Positions 1-10,696 are shown, numbered from the stretch's first letter. The stretch is DNA of 64,000 nt from Negativicutes bacterium (GCA_963665275.2 CAXXIN010000007.1:288001-352000), one strand, 5' to 3'. Made by a program: numbers and translations. The notes: a model not told the origin generated them from the sequence alone.

Positions 1-66
1 GATACCCGTCAAATCCATTGATTTTACTGAATTCTTCAAAGAGCAGAAGATTTCCGAGTAACATCT

Positions 67-960
67 CTACAATTTCCATTCAATCGTTGAAAGAAAGTTC
101 TCCAGCTGTTCTTCAAATAATTCCAGGCCACGGTTTTGCCCCGGTCGGCCTGCCTTGTTGGTTATTTTGTAGCAAATTCGGTTCGGTGGCGGACTCAGGA
201 TACTATGAACTTCAAAATCGGCCATCTTCTCGAAAACCTTGACAATAGAGGCCGGGATGATCGTCCAGATATTTGGGTGTTGTAGAAAATTGAAAACGAT
301 GGAAGGGGAATTGATGTGAATAAACGGCCTTACTTCCGGATTCAGCCAATAATCATGCCATCGACGATAATCGGGCCCCCAGTCAATATATAACTCGTTT
401 CTGGGATCGAGTTCACTCGGATGGACGGCGCTGGTCTTGAACGCACTTGGTTTTGAGCAAACAAGAAACATCGGCTCACTCAATATGGGTTGTGAGACGA
501 TATTGCGATAATTGATTTGCACATTAACCAACCCGATATCGATCTCCCGTTTATCAAGCAGCGGATAAGTCAGCAGCGAGTGGTGCGATTTCACCCGCAG
601 GTTGATTGGAACATGCTTCATCAGGATTTGGTTGTACAATTCGGTAAAGATATAAAGATTCATGCTGTCAATGCAAGCGATTGATACTGACGGGAACGCA
701 TTGGTCGTCTTCAGTTGCATCGTGTCCCGGTGCAAAGACATCCATCGATTGGCGATAGATATGAATTCCTCGCCCTTTTCAGTGAGCATGATCGTTCGGT
801 GGCCTTTGCTTCTATCGATCAGAACCGTTTCTAGAGCTTCTTCAAGCGACTTCAGACGCTGGCTGATCGCGGACTGGGATAAGAATAACAGATTGGCCGC
901 TCCAGTGATACTCCGGGTATCTACGATGGCGAGAAAGGCTTCGACTTCCGGCAGATTCAT
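67..960 (-). CDS. LysR family transcriptional regulator
   Basis: N-terminal LysR HTH (SITGAANLLFLSQSAISQRLKSLEEAL), 297 aa, divergent from the ABC operon. Confidence 0.95.
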   Translation of the reverse strand: MNLPEVEAFLAIVDTRSITGAANLLFLSQSAISQRLKSLEEALETVLIDRSKGHRTIMLTEKGEEFISIANRWMSLHRDTMQLKTTNAFPSVSIACIDSMNLYIFTELYNQILMKHVPINLRVKSHHSLLTYPLLDKREIDIGLVNVQINYRNIVSQPILSEPMFLVCSKPSAFKTSAVHPSELDPRNELYIDWGPDYRRWHDYWLNPEVRPFIHINSPSIVFNFLQHPNIWTIIPASIVKVFEKMADFEVHSILSPPPNRICYKITNKAGRPGQNRGLELFEEQLENFLSTIEWKL

Positions 961-1180
961 ATGCGAGCGCCTCCCAAATCAAAACAACTGAAAAAAATCA
1001 AATCAGAAGAGATGCTTATAATATATATCAAAATTATCTGATATTCAATTTAAATAGGCCGTGATAGCATATAGAAAAGCACCCTACAGAATTTCGAGAC
1101 TAATCTTGGCGTATTATCCATCCGCCTTGCGGCTCAAGGGGCCTCGCGGTGAGCAATAACTAAGAAAGGATAAAAATATA

Positions 1181-1831
1181 ATGCTTGGATTAAATTTTAA
1201 TTGGCTGGGGAAATACTATTTATTTTATTTAGAGGGGCTGTCAATGACAGTTCGGCTGGCATTATGCGCTGTTGTACTGGCGACCGTTCTCGGTGTCATT
1301 ATTGGACTGATGCGGGTTTCCAATAATAAACCGATGGTGATGTTGGCCAATGCCTGGGTGAATTTCGTTCGCGGCGTTCCGGTGATACTCCAGATTTACA
1401 TAATATATTATGGGCTATCCCTGAATTTTTCAGATTTTTGGGCGGCAGTCATTTCGTTGACAGTCAATAGTTCGGCCTATATCGGCGAAACGGTGCGTGC
1501 AGGGATTCAAGCTGTTGACAAAGGTCAGATGGAAGCGGCCCGCTGCATCGGCATGAGTTATTCGAAGGCGATGCGGCTCATCATCATCCCCCAGGCTATC
1601 AAAAAAATTCTGCCTGCCCTGGGGAACGAGTTCATCATTTTGATCAAGAATACTTCGCTGGTTTCAATCATTGGTTTACATGAGCTGACCTATCTGTCCA
1701 ATACGATCCGGGCGAATACCTATCTGGCGTTCGAGCCCCTGATCATTACGGCGATTGTGTACTTTGGCTTAACGTATATCCTCAAAAAAGTGCTGGGTGT
1801 CATGGAAGAGAGGATGAGAGCAAGTGATTGA
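1181..1831 (+). CDS. Polar amino acid ABC transporter permease
   Basis: RGVP motif and EAA loop ([29 protein letters not shown]). Confidence 0.95.
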   Translation: MLGLNFNWLGKYYLFYLEGLSMTVRLALCAVVLATVLGVIIGLMRVSNNKPMVMLANAWVNFVRGVPVILQIYIIYYGLSLNFSDFWAAVISLTVNSSAYIGETVRAGIQAVDKGQMEAARCIGMSYSKAMRLIIIPQAIKKILPALGNEFIILIKNTSLVSIIGLHELTYLSNTIRANTYLAFEPLIITAIVYFGLTYILKKVLGVMEERMRASD

Positions 1832-2546
1832 GGTACGCGGACTAAAAAAGAATTTTGGCAAGTTGGAAGTCCTGAAGGGGATCGACATCACCATCCGCAA
1901 AGGGGAGGTCGTCGTTGTCATCGGACCTTCGGGCTCCGGGAAAAGCACTTTTTTGCGGTGCCTGAATCTGTTGGAAGTTCCTACTGCCGGTGAAATTATA
2001 TTTGAGGGGATATCATTAACCAGCAAGGATGTTGACATTGACAAGCATCGGCAAAAGATCGGGATGGTCTTTCAACTTTTCAACCTGTTCCACAACCTGA
2101 ATGTCAGGGACAATGTTGCGATCGGCCTCATAGAGGTCAAAGGAATCGCAAAGGTGGAAGCGTATAAAGCAGCAGAAAAAATATTGGACAGGGTTGGACT
2201 GAGTGACAAGGTCAATGCTTTCCCCTCACAACTTTCCGGCGGCCAAAAACAGCGAGTCGCCATCGCCCGAGCTCTTGCAATGAGCCCCGATGTCATGTTG
2301 TTCGATGAAGCAACCTCGGCACTCGACCCCGAAATGGTGGGCGAAGTTCTCCAAGTTATGCGCGAGCTCGCTGCCGAAGGCATGACGATGGTAGTCGTGA
2401 CGCATGAAATGGGCTTTGCACGTGAAGTCGGCGACAGGGTCATTCTGCTTGATGACGGTAGAATCATTGAAGAAAATACGCCGAAGGAAATGTTCACAAA
2501 TCCCAAACACCCAAGAAGCAAGGATTTCTTAAGCAAAGTGCTCTAA
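1824..2546 (+). CDS. Amino acid ABC transporter ATP-binding protein (GlnQ-like)
   Basis: Walker A GPSGSGKS, signature LSGGQKQR, Walker [17 protein letters not shown]. Confidence 0.97.
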   Translation: MIEVRGLKKNFGKLEVLKGIDITIRKGEVVVVIGPSGSGKSTFLRCLNLLEVPTAGEIIFEGISLTSKDVDIDKHRQKIGMVFQLFNLFHNLNVRDNVAIGLIEVKGIAKVEAYKAAEKILDRVGLSDKVNAFPSQLSGGQKQRVAIARALAMSPDVMLFDEATSALDPEMVGEVLQVMRELAAEGMTMVVVTHEMGFAREVGDRVILLDDGRIIEENTPKEMFTNPKHPRSKDFLSKVL

Positions 2547-2592
2547 CGACGATAAGCATTATGCTTTCATATAAATAAAGGAGGGAGAAAAC

Positions 2593-3519
2593 TTGATGAA
2601 AAGAATAGCGATTTTCCTGGTGATGATCCTAATGGCGGCCTTGTTGTCGGCATGCGGAACCCAAACGACTACAGCACCCGCAGCACCCACTACAACCAGC
2701 GCACCTGCAATGGGGAAAATCCTGACCGATGTCAAGAACACAGGCATTCTTAAAGTCGGCGCTTTTGGCAACAGGCCGCCATGGTATTTTCAGCGCGTTG
2801 ATGCAAACGGGAAGAAAGAAATTTCCGGCTTTGAATACTATATGATCAATGATATCGCCAAAGAGGTCGGCAAAAAGGTGGGCCGGGAAGTCAAGGTGGA
2901 AATCCTGGAGACCGATGTTGCCGGGGTGCTGGCCGCTATTCAGGCTGGAAAGGTGCATTTCAGCTTCAGCCTTGCCGGGACGCCGGAGCGCAAAAAAAAC
3001 ATGGATTTCTCAACGGCTTATCACCGTTCGCTGCAGGTCATCGCAATCCGCGTCGCTGACAAGGATAACCCGAAATTCAAGCTGGAAAACAAGCTGAAAG
3101 GGGTCAAAATTGCCAGTATTCAAGCAAGTTCGACAACAGTTTCATTGAAAGAGCAGTATCCTGACTGTGAAGTGCTTGATCTTACCTCGGCTGCAGACCA
3201 GCTCCTGTCGCTAGCCAACGGCAAATGTGATGCTGCCGTATTCAATGAAAAAATCGGCATCCTCTATTCCAAAGCCAATCCATCGATCATGGTCGTTCCT
3301 GATTTGTCTTTCAAGGTTCCTCTTGATAGAGAGCTGGGTTCCAGCCTTGCATTCCAATATGGCAATGATGATTTCAAAGCACTGTGCGACGCTTATATTA
3401 CCCGTATCTTAAACGATGGCACATTCAACGGTTTTGAAAAGAAAGCGATATCTCTGCTGGATGATCCGAGCGTCCTAGATTCTTTTACTACCAAAAACCT
3501 AATTGACACAAAAAAATAA
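2593..3519 (+). CDS. Amino acid ABC transporter substrate-binding lipoprotein (family 3)
   Basis: Lipobox LSAC, Thr/Ala/Pro linker, TPERKKNMDFS motif, operon position. Confidence 0.9.
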   Translation: MMKRIAIFLVMILMAALLSACGTQTTTAPAAPTTTSAPAMGKILTDVKNTGILKVGAFGNRPPWYFQRVDANGKKEISGFEYYMINDIAKEVGKKVGREVKVEILETDVAGVLAAIQAGKVHFSFSLAGTPERKKNMDFSTAYHRSLQVIAIRVADKDNPKFKLENKLKGVKIASIQASSTTVSLKEQYPDCEVLDLTSAADQLLSLANGKCDAAVFNEKIGILYSKANPSIMVVPDLSFKVPLDRELGSSLAFQYGNDDFKALCDAYITRILNDGTFNGFEKKAISLLDDPSVLDSFTTKNLIDTKK

Positions 3520-3546
3520 GTTCACTGCAATCAAGGAGGAAATATA

Positions 3547-4293
3547 ATGGCAATCGATTATATCAAAAAAAATGATATCACCCTGAATTTCCAAAACGGA
3601 TACGCCGAGACAGAAGTGCTGAAAGAAGTATATGCCGGAGTCAGAACCTTCCGGTGCGTGCTGAAAGCCGGAAGCAAGATTACACCGGAAAATTTTGGCC
3701 AAAAGCTGCAAGTTCTTTGTATTACCAACGGTGAAGGGTACATCTCAACGCCCCAGAAGGCATTCAACATCGAAGAACTTTGCTTTTTCATCGCCGATCT
3801 TGATGAAGCGTACACCATTCATGCCGCCAAAGACATCATGATCACCAAGTTCGTCATTGACCTGACTGAGAACGACATGGAAGCCTTCAACAAGAGCCAT
3901 GTGGTGTTGCCTTTCTTCAGGAAAATTTCGGATTGTGTCGAATACTGGCAGGATTGCAAAGGCGAGAACACCCGCAGCTGGAGCGTTCTGAACTCCAGGC
4001 AACTTACCCGCATCTTGTTTGGCGTTGTCAAGGTTTCAGTTGGCGGAGAGGGCACGATTGAAAAAGGCCATCCTGCCGTCGCTCAGTGGAGTGTGGTTCT
4101 GGATGATTCCGAACTGGTGTATACTGTCGAAGATGAGAGCGTCGATCTAAGCAGCGGCGATATTGGTTACGTGACGGCAGGGCTTGACCATTCCCTAGTC
4201 TCCAAACCTGGGAAACAGGCCAACTATATCTGGTTCGAGCACTTTGTATTGAACAAAGATTACATCATCGTGAATCCTCAACGCCAGAAATAA
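3547..4293 (+). CDS. Hypothetical protein, probable cupin-like fold
   Basis: Strong RBS AAGGAGG; beta-rich pattern with GHPAVAQW and GDIGYVTAGLDHSL. Confidence 0.55.
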   Translation: MAIDYIKKNDITLNFQNGYAETEVLKEVYAGVRTFRCVLKAGSKITPENFGQKLQVLCITNGEGYISTPQKAFNIEELCFFIADLDEAYTIHAAKDIMITKFVIDLTENDMEAFNKSHVVLPFFRKISDCVEYWQDCKGENTRSWSVLNSRQLTRILFGVVKVSVGGEGTIEKGHPAVAQWSVVLDDSELVYTVEDESVDLSSGDIGYVTAGLDHSLVSKPGKQANYIWFEHFVLNKDYIIVNPQRQK

Positions 4294-4305
4294 GTTGTGC
4301 CATTC

Positions 4306-4374
4306 GCCGGACAACAGCGTCCAGCTCAGTTTCGATCGACGCAGAGTCTTTCGACCGCAGGGCTGTTGTCCGGC
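4306..4374. repeat. Intergenic stem-loop with 13-bp perfect inverted repeat
   Basis: GCCGGACAACAGC 4306-4318 and GCTGTTGTCCGGC 4362-4374. Confidence 0.7.
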
Positions 4375-4448
4375 CTTGTAAAAAGCTGATCATGTCTGTC
4401 GCCGATGCAGGAATGGGAGAAAGAATCTGATAAAGTGTGAAATGCAAT

Positions 4449-5288
4449 ATGAATGGGAAAATTGACAGAGACCGGTTTGCAGGAATGAATATACATTACT
4501 ATTTCTATCCTCTTAAGTACTTTTTGGATGCGCAATTGGAGTTGGGGTATCATACTATCGAATTTTGGGGCGGGTCCCCTCATGTTTGGGTGGACCATTT
4601 ATCCTGTTCAAGCCTTACCAGCATCAAAAAGCAGCTGAACATGCGAGAGCAACGCATCGCAGTCTTCACCCCCGAATATTCATCCTATCGATATTTGCTT
4701 TGTACCTCTGATCCAGTCCTTTACCGGAAGTCGATAGAGTACTATCGCAATTGCATTCAGCTGACAGCGGAGTTAGGCGCCAAAACCATGTGCATCAATA
4801 TTACAGGGCGATTTCGGGATGAAAGCTACGATTCAGCCTGGGAGCGGTGCGTTGAATCTGTCGGCCTATTGTGTGAGACCGCCGGCAAAGTCGGCGTTGA
4901 TCTGGCCATGGAAACATTGAGTTCCGACCAGTCGTGCATCGTGATAAATTTGGCTGAATTGCAAAAATTGTTCGCAGAAGTCAAGAGCAAACAACTAAAA
5001 GCGGTGATTGACACTGTCTCCATCGGAGCAGCCGGTGAGACGCTGGACCAATGGTTTGATGCATTTGGCCAGGATGTCGTACACGTTCATTTTGCCGACG
5101 GTAGAAATGATGGCAGCCATCTTGTTTGGGGTGAAGGATGTTTTCCGCTGGAAAGGTACCTGTCAAAATTGAATGACCGCGCCTATAAAGGGCTGATATC
5201 GCCCAATATATCTTCCCGCAAATACTTTAACGACCCGGCGGGAGCCGATGTGAAAAACCGAAATGCTTTGAGCCAATATTTTATTTAA
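4449..5288 (+). CDS. Sugar phosphate isomerase/epimerase, TIM barrel, FrlC-like
   Basis: ELGYHTIEFWGGSPH, LAMET, VIDT, HVHFADG, HLVWGEG motifs; start could be GTG 4437. Confidence 0.85.
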   Translation: MNGKIDRDRFAGMNIHYYFYPLKYFLDAQLELGYHTIEFWGGSPHVWVDHLSCSSLTSIKKQLNMREQRIAVFTPEYSSYRYLLCTSDPVLYRKSIEYYRNCIQLTAELGAKTMCINITGRFRDESYDSAWERCVESVGLLCETAGKVGVDLAMETLSSDQSCIVINLAELQKLFAEVKSKQLKAVIDTVSIGAAGETLDQWFDAFGQDVVHVHFADGRNDGSHLVWGEGCFPLERYLSKLNDRAYKGLISPNISSRKYFNDPAGADVKNRNALSQYFI

Positions 5289-5355
5289 TACCAATCTCGG
5301 CGAGTCAGTATCAGCGAAGCAATTGCATCGCATAATAAGCAGAAAGAGAAAAAAT

Positions 5356-6195
5356 ATGAGACCCTCAATCAGACGCTCGCAAATTGCCAATATGAATATT
5401 CATTATAAACAGTACTCGTTGGACTATTTTCTTGATGCTCAGCAAAAAATAGGGATAACGAGTATTGCATTCTGGGGCGGGCCGCCCCATTTCTGGATGG
5501 ACTACATGTCATACAGTGACTGTAAAACCATCAGTCAAAAACTCAGATCGCGTGATTTGAAATGTGTCTGCTTTTGCGCGGCGGCGACGCAATATCGGAA
5601 TCAATATTGCATCTATGAGCCTGAGCATCGGGAAAGAAGTTTCCGGTATTTTACCAATGGAATGAAAGCGGCAGCTGAGCTGGGCTGTCGTTCATTTCAT
5701 GTAAATTCGGGATGGGGATACAAGACGGAAAATCGTGAAGACGCATGGGAACGATCGAAGGATATGCTCATCAGGATGGCTGAGGTTGCAAAACAGGAAC
5801 AGATGGTATTGACGATGGAGTGCCTGCGGGCTGAGGAAACCGGACTGGTAGTCACATTGGGTGACGCAAAGAGGATGTTCGACGAAATCAATCATCCGGC
5901 ATTCAAGATCATGTTGGATACAAATCCCATGGCGGTTGCCGACGAAACGGCCGGACAGTGGTTCGAGACTTTCGGTGACAATATTCAAAATACGCACTTC
6001 GTAGATTGCAATCCATACGGACACTTGATTTGGGGCGACGGAACTCTGCCCCTGGAGAATATGCTGCAATGCCTGAACCAATACAATTACAATGGTTACT
6101 TATGTCAGGAGATATCTGACACCCGATATTTGAGTGATCCTATGGCAGCAGATATTCAGAACATGAAGGCTTTATGCCGTTATGTTGACGACTGA
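5356..6195 (+). CDS. Second FrlC-like sugar phosphate isomerase/epimerase
   Basis: FWGGPPH, LTMECL, MLDT, HFVD, HLIWGDG; paralog of the upstream gene. Confidence 0.85.
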   Translation: MRPSIRRSQIANMNIHYKQYSLDYFLDAQQKIGITSIAFWGGPPHFWMDYMSYSDCKTISQKLRSRDLKCVCFCAAATQYRNQYCIYEPEHRERSFRYFTNGMKAAAELGCRSFHVNSGWGYKTENREDAWERSKDMLIRMAEVAKQEQMVLTMECLRAEETGLVVTLGDAKRMFDEINHPAFKIMLDTNPMAVADETAGQWFETFGDNIQNTHFVDCNPYGHLIWGDGTLPLENMLQCLNQYNYNGYLCQEISDTRYLSDPMAADIQNMKALCRYVDD

Positions 6196-6324
6196 TTTTA
6201 TTTTTCTATTTCCTTGCACACACCCCACTTGACTATGTTTTAAAGCTAAATTATCAGATTCCATGTTCGCGTTCGTAGCAGTCAGCAACCACCTATCTCT
6301 CCGCACGGGGGTGCCCGGAAAATA

Positions 6325-7015
6325 ATGATCCCCCGGCGTAGCCGGGGGTATTTCTTTAACGGGCGTAGCCCTAATCTACTAGCCACGCTTAAAGAGCGTA
6401 CTCACGGTCTGCCACTTGCGATGAAGCTGTTACTTGCTACCCGTAAACGGGTCTTCCATGTTGAGGGTTAGTTGTTCGCCTGCCCGATCTTCGTCAAGCT
6501 GATGCTGAATATATTCCTTGACCTTTTTCGCATCCTTACCGGCTGTATCTACATAATACCCTCTGCACCAGAATTCTCTATTCCGGTATTTATACTTCAG
6601 GTTTCCCCATTTCTCATAGATCATCAAGCTGCTTTTCCCTTTGAGAAATCCCATAAAACTCGATACACTTATTTTCGGGGGTATTTCCAATAGCATGTGC
6701 ACATGGTCCGGGCATACTTCAGCTTCAATTATGTTTATCCCTTTCCACTTGCATAATTCCCGCAGTATGGCCCCGACTTCCAGCCGTTTTCCCTCATAAA
6801 ATACCTTCCGTCGATACTTGGGTGCAAAGACCACGTGATATTTACAGTTCCATTTTGTATGTGATAGACTGTGGGTGTCGTTCATTCCCTGAATGACCTC
6901 CTTTTGATATCTTCGTTGCAGTTGGCAGACCGCAACTCATTCTATCAAAAGGAGCTTTTCCGACTTCCCTATAGCTGTAAGCTTTTTGGAACCCCACGTC
7001 TAACGTGGGGTTTTC
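6325..7015 (-). mobile_element. IS200/IS605 family element (tnpA only); ends approximate
   Basis: tnpA flanked by subterminal hairpins 6330-6348 and 6991-7011. Confidence 0.8.
6430..6885 (-). CDS. tnpA: IS200-type HUH (Y1) transposase
   Basis: HTKWNCKYHVVFAPKYRR, HUH motif DHVHM, FWCRGYYV, YI.HQ. Confidence 0.97.
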   Translation of the reverse strand: MNDTHSLSHTKWNCKYHVVFAPKYRRKVFYEGKRLEVGAILRELCKWKGINIIEAEVCPDHVHMLLEIPPKISVSSFMGFLKGKSSLMIYEKWGNLKYKYRNREFWCRGYYVDTAGKDAKKVKEYIQHQLDEDRAGEQLTLNMEDPFTGSK

Positions 7016-7023
7016 TATATATA

Positions 7024-7063
7024 AGAAGAGGGAGCGAACGTTGTATCGTTCGCTCCCTCTTCT
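7024..7063. terminator. 17-bp perfect hairpin, probable terminator
   Basis: AGAAGAGGGAGCGAACG-TTGTAT-CGTTCGCTCCCTCTTCT. Confidence 0.6.
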
Positions 7064-7133
7064 AAATTATAATGTCAGTTACTCACGTTCTCGGATAGAG
7101 TAAAAGACCACCTATAAGGCGGCCTTTATTACA

Positions 7134-7478
7134 TCACCAATCAGAATTATCATCATTCGGCGGTATTGGTTTTTGATCATTATAATGTTGTTTTGCATTG
7201 TCTTGTTTTGGCGGTTGCCCATTCTGGTCATGGGGAGGACGTTTCATATTGTCTTGATTGGGAGGGGGTGCCTTCTGATCATCTTTTTTAGGATGCTTCT
7301 GTTTGTCAGTATCTCGGGGCGGTTCTTTTTGATCATTGGGAGGCATATTATTATTGTCATCAATTCGATGCTGATTGTCTACGTCTGGGCTCGGGTTTGC
7401 ATAAGCATTGTTCGTTGGCATAAAGCCTAAAACAATCAGCGCAAGCATTAGGATACACAATTTTTTCATAGTTAACAC
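7134..7478 (-). CDS. Secreted low-complexity Pro/Asp/Gln/Asn-rich protein
   Basis: Signal peptide MKKLCILMLALIVLG...AYA, repeated PPxDQ units. Confidence 0.7.
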   Translation of the reverse strand: MLTMKKLCILMLALIVLGFMPTNNAYANPSPDVDNQHRIDDNNNMPPNDQKEPPRDTDKQKHPKKDDQKAPPPNQDNMKRPPHDQNGQPPKQDNAKQHYNDQKPIPPNDDNSDW

Positions 7479-7729
7479 CTCAACATTTTTTGTTTTCTAA
7501 GATCATTCTAGCGAAACATTGTCACAGCATTGTTACGATACAAAGTCATTTTCGCTAACAATCTTGTGTTTTTTCCCTGCAAACTCTTCCCACCTGCCCA
7601 ACGCATCAATGCCGATGCGTTTTGGCCTTAATCAAAACTTTATACAACGTTAATGCTTACTGCAAAATTCGATGCTACCATGTAATTATCAACACTCATG
7701 CAGAGTGACAAAATGGAGGGAAAATACAA

Positions 7730-8203
7730 ATGGAAGGTAAGACAGTTGCTTCATCGTCTCTGACAATGTCCACCGTAATGCAGCCCAGTCACGCAAACCC
7801 TGCAGGTAACGTGCATGGAGGAGAAATCATGAAAATGATGGACACAACCGCAGCAGCTGTCGCGCAACGCCATGCTCGCACCAATGTCGTTACAGCTAGA
7901 GTGGACGAGTTAGTTTTTCATCAACCAATTTATGTTGGGAACTTGGTAACATGTCATGCTTTTCTCACATATGTCGGCCGATCATCAATGGAAGTCATTG
8001 TTACTGTTGAAGTAGAAGATCTCTATAGTGATGCATCCAAAAAATGTGCCTTGTCCGCATATTTCACGCTGGTCGCATTAAACGCTGGAGGAAAACCGAT
8101 GGAAGTTGCCCCTCTTGAATTGACTACCGATGAAGAACGGCAACGATTCGAGGAAGGACGTCAGCGTTATGAAATGTACAAATCCCAAAAATCCATGTCA
8201 TAG
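7730..8203 (+). CDS. Acyl-CoA thioesterase (hotdog fold, YciA-like); final codons supplied by IS21
   Basis: NPAGNVHGGEIMKMMD, VVTARVD, VGRSSMEV. Confidence 0.93.
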   Translation: MEGKTVASSSLTMSTVMQPSHANPAGNVHGGEIMKMMDTTAAAVAQRHARTNVVTARVDELVFHQPIYVGNLVTCHAFLTYVGRSSMEVIVTVEVEDLYSDASKKCALSAYFTLVALNAGGKPMEVAPLELTTDEERQRFEEGRQRYEMYKSQKSMS

Positions 8204-8290
8204 CCGGTTGTAAAATGAGCCAATAACGCCGGAGTAAAAATGAGCCACCTTCGCGAAATCCTCTAAGAGAATCCTTAGAGGAGGACAGCA

Positions 8291-9523
8291 ATGATTAAGA
8301 GGTGGCAGCTGATGGACATCTGGGATCTGGTCAAACAAGGCTATAGTGCCCGCAAAATTGCAAAGTTCACGGGCCTGGCTCGAAATACCGTAGCCAAATA
8401 CCTCGAAAATGGCAAACTTCCTCAATATAAATCACGTGAGAAGCGCGCATCTAAACTTGATCCCTTCAAAGAGCTGGTGCATGATCTGCTGTTTCAACGG
8501 AAGATCCTGAACGCTGAAGTTCTGTTCCGTAAACTTCGGGAACAGGGATATACCGGTGGTCGCACGATCTTAAAGGATTATGTTCAAGATCTCCGACCAC
8601 CCAGGCAGCCCAAGGCAGTGACACGGTACGAAACGGCCCCTGGCGAACAGGCGCAGGTCGACTTCGGGGAAGTCAAGTATGAGGATAGCGGCGGGATCGC
8701 GCATCGGCTGTATTGTTTTGTAATGATCTTAAGTTACTCCCGGGATCTGTACGTTGAGTTTCTCCGTAAAGCCAATGTCCTGGGATTCCTGGCTTGCCAC
8801 GTGCGAGCTTTGCAATACTTCCAAGGTACTCCAAAGAGGATCTTGTACGATAACGCCAAAGTGGTCCGTAGCGGCACCGATGCACAGGGAAAGCCGGTCT
8901 GGCAGGCAGGGCTCTTTGATTTAGCCGCAGTCTTCGGTTTTAGTCCGTCCGTGCATACTCCCTACCATCCGGCCAGTAAAGGAAAGGTCGAATCGTCGGT
9001 CAAGTATGTGAAGGGTAACTTTTGGCCCGGTCGTGATTTTAGCGATCTGGCCGACCTCAACCGCCAGACGCTGAAGTGGTGCGGCGAAGTGGCGATGCGT
9101 ATCCACGGGACTACAGGAGAACGGCCCGTTGACCGCAAACCCGGAGAACGACTGTTGCCACTACCCAACTATTCTCTATACCGCTCGTTTTTGACGGTTC
9201 GAACCAAGGTATACCGCGATGGCTATGTAACCTATGACGGAACGCGGTATGGAGTACCGTGGGCTTTTTGCGGCCAAGAAGTGGAGATAAGGCAAAACGG
9301 GGCGTATGTGGAAATATTTCAACATGAGGAACTGGTCGCCCGCCATCATCAGGCGCTTCCCGGACAGCGTATTTGCCATTTGGCCGGACAATGGACAGGA
9401 CTAGCGGCGATTAAGGCAGCCAGACCACTCAAAGATGCCATGGCTAAACAAATTTGCGACCCGGTTGTTGCCGTCCGGTCCTTGGATGAATACCAGCTTT
9501 TTTCCGGGGGTGATTGCCTGTGA
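8291..9523 (+). CDS. istA: IS21 transposase
   Basis: N-terminal HTH, RYETAPGEQAQVDFG, YDNAK, KGKVE (DDE). Confidence 0.96.
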   Translation: MIKRWQLMDIWDLVKQGYSARKIAKFTGLARNTVAKYLENGKLPQYKSREKRASKLDPFKELVHDLLFQRKILNAEVLFRKLREQGYTGGRTILKDYVQDLRPPRQPKAVTRYETAPGEQAQVDFGEVKYEDSGGIAHRLYCFVMILSYSRDLYVEFLRKANVLGFLACHVRALQYFQGTPKRILYDNAKVVRSGTDAQGKPVWQAGLFDLAAVFGFSPSVHTPYHPASKGKVESSVKYVKGNFWPGRDFSDLADLNRQTLKWCGEVAMRIHGTTGERPVDRKPGERLLPLPNYSLYRSFLTVRTKVYRDGYVTYDGTRYGVPWAFCGQEVEIRQNGAYVEIFQHEELVARHHQALPGQRICHLAGQWTGLAAIKAARPLKDAMAKQICDPVVAVRSLDEYQLFSGGDCL

Positions 9524-10308
9524 CCCCCTCCGACATGAAAGAGACGCTGATCCAGCTTGGCCTGCCAGCGGCGGCGCAGGTGCTGGAACAAATACAGGCA
9601 CGCGCGGTTGCCGGACAGATTACATATGCTGAATTTCTTGCCGATGTACTCCAGACTGAGCAAGCAGATCGGCGGACGCGCTATCTGGATACTCGGACGA
9701 AACTAGCAAATCTCCCATTTCATAAGCGGCTCGAGGATTTTGATTTTAGTATTCAGCCAACCATTGATGAACGACAGATTCAAGAACTGGCCTCGCTCTC
9801 CTTCATACCGGAAACCTCCAACATCTTTTTGTTAGGGCCACCCGGCGTCGGGAAGAGCCATTTGGCGGTTTCACTCGGGTTGCTTGCGATTGAACAAGGG
9901 TACTCGGTCTATTTTACGACTGCCGGGAAATTGGTGCAGGAATTGATGACCGGTTACCAGGAAGATCGCCTCCGGCGGCGTATGCGCAGGTATTTGAGTC
10001 CGAAGGTCCTGATTATTGACGAGATGGGTTACCAACCCTTCCCGCCAACCGCAGCGAATCTTTTCTTCCAGTTGGTTAGTGCCCGTTACGAACGCAGCAG
10101 CATCATCATGACCTCAAACAAGGCCTTTGGTGCTTGGGGAGAGGTTTTGGGTGACCCGATTGTGACATCCGCTGTTCTTGATCGAATATTGCATCATGCC
10201 TATGTTGTCAACATCCGAGGGGAAAGCTACCGAATGAGGGAGCGAAAAGCAGCCGGAATGTACCAATCTCCTCCGATAAAGACTCAGCAACTTGAAGACA
10301 AAAGATAA
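9520..10308 (+). CDS. istB: IS21 helper ATPase
   Basis: GPPGVGKSHLA, LIIDEMGY, TSN, LDRILHH, GESYR; start overlaps istA stop (GTGA). Confidence 0.96.
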   Translation: MTPSDMKETLIQLGLPAAAQVLEQIQARAVAGQITYAEFLADVLQTEQADRRTRYLDTRTKLANLPFHKRLEDFDFSIQPTIDERQIQELASLSFIPETSNIFLLGPPGVGKSHLAVSLGLLAIEQGYSVYFTTAGKLVQELMTGYQEDRLRRRMRRYLSPKVLIIDEMGYQPFPPTAANLFFQLVSARYERSSIIMTSNKAFGAWGEVLGDPIVTSAVLDRILHHAYVVNIRGESYRMRERKAAGMYQSPPIKTQQLEDKR

Positions 10309-10506
10309 GGTACTGGCTCAATTTTCAAACGGCGAAAGTGGCTCAATTTTAAACCGGCCTTGACATCCAATTAATCTAGTATCCGCTCGATAGCCAAATC
10401 GATGTCAACGGCAATGATAAAATGCAAAAAAGTGGCGATTAAAAAATGCATGAAAAAGGGGATGAGAAAAGCCTTCCGAGAAAAATCTCGGAAGGCTTAA
10501 TTTCAT

Positions 10507-10582
10507 TGGCGTCCCAGGTAGGAATCGAACCTACGACCAACGGATTAGAAGTCCGTTGCTCTATCCCCTGAGCTACTGGGAC
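10507..10582 (-). tRNA. tRNA-Arg(UCU)
   Basis: Cloverleaf, anticodon arm ACGGA-CT-TCT-AA-TCCGT, GGTTCGATTCC, CCA end. Confidence 0.96.
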
Positions 10583-10612
10583 ACTGGGCACCGCTTGTCC
10601 AGACAAAAAATA

Positions 10613-10686
10613 TGGAGCGGGTGAAGGGAATCGAACCCTCGTGATCAGCTTGGAAGGCTGACACTCTACCATTGAGTTACACCCGC
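10613..10686 (-). tRNA. tRNA-Gly(UCC)
   Basis: GCGGGTG acceptor stem, anticodon TCC, T-loop, CCA. Confidence 0.96.
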
Positions 10687-10696
10687 ACCTGATGTA

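Larger units (their letters stand above)
8196..10365 (+). mobile_element. IS21 family insertion sequence, 2170 bp
   Basis: Ends TGTCATAGCCGGTTGTAAAATGAGCCA and TGGCTCAATTTTAAACCGGCCTTGACA, internal repeats of the TGAGCCA site, TCCA duplicated at 8192-8195 and 10366-10369. Confidence 0.95.

Noticed and set aside
6200-6430. TnpB or omega-RNA associated with the IS200 element
   Set aside because: No tnpB ORF; the element ends about 100 bp after tnpA.
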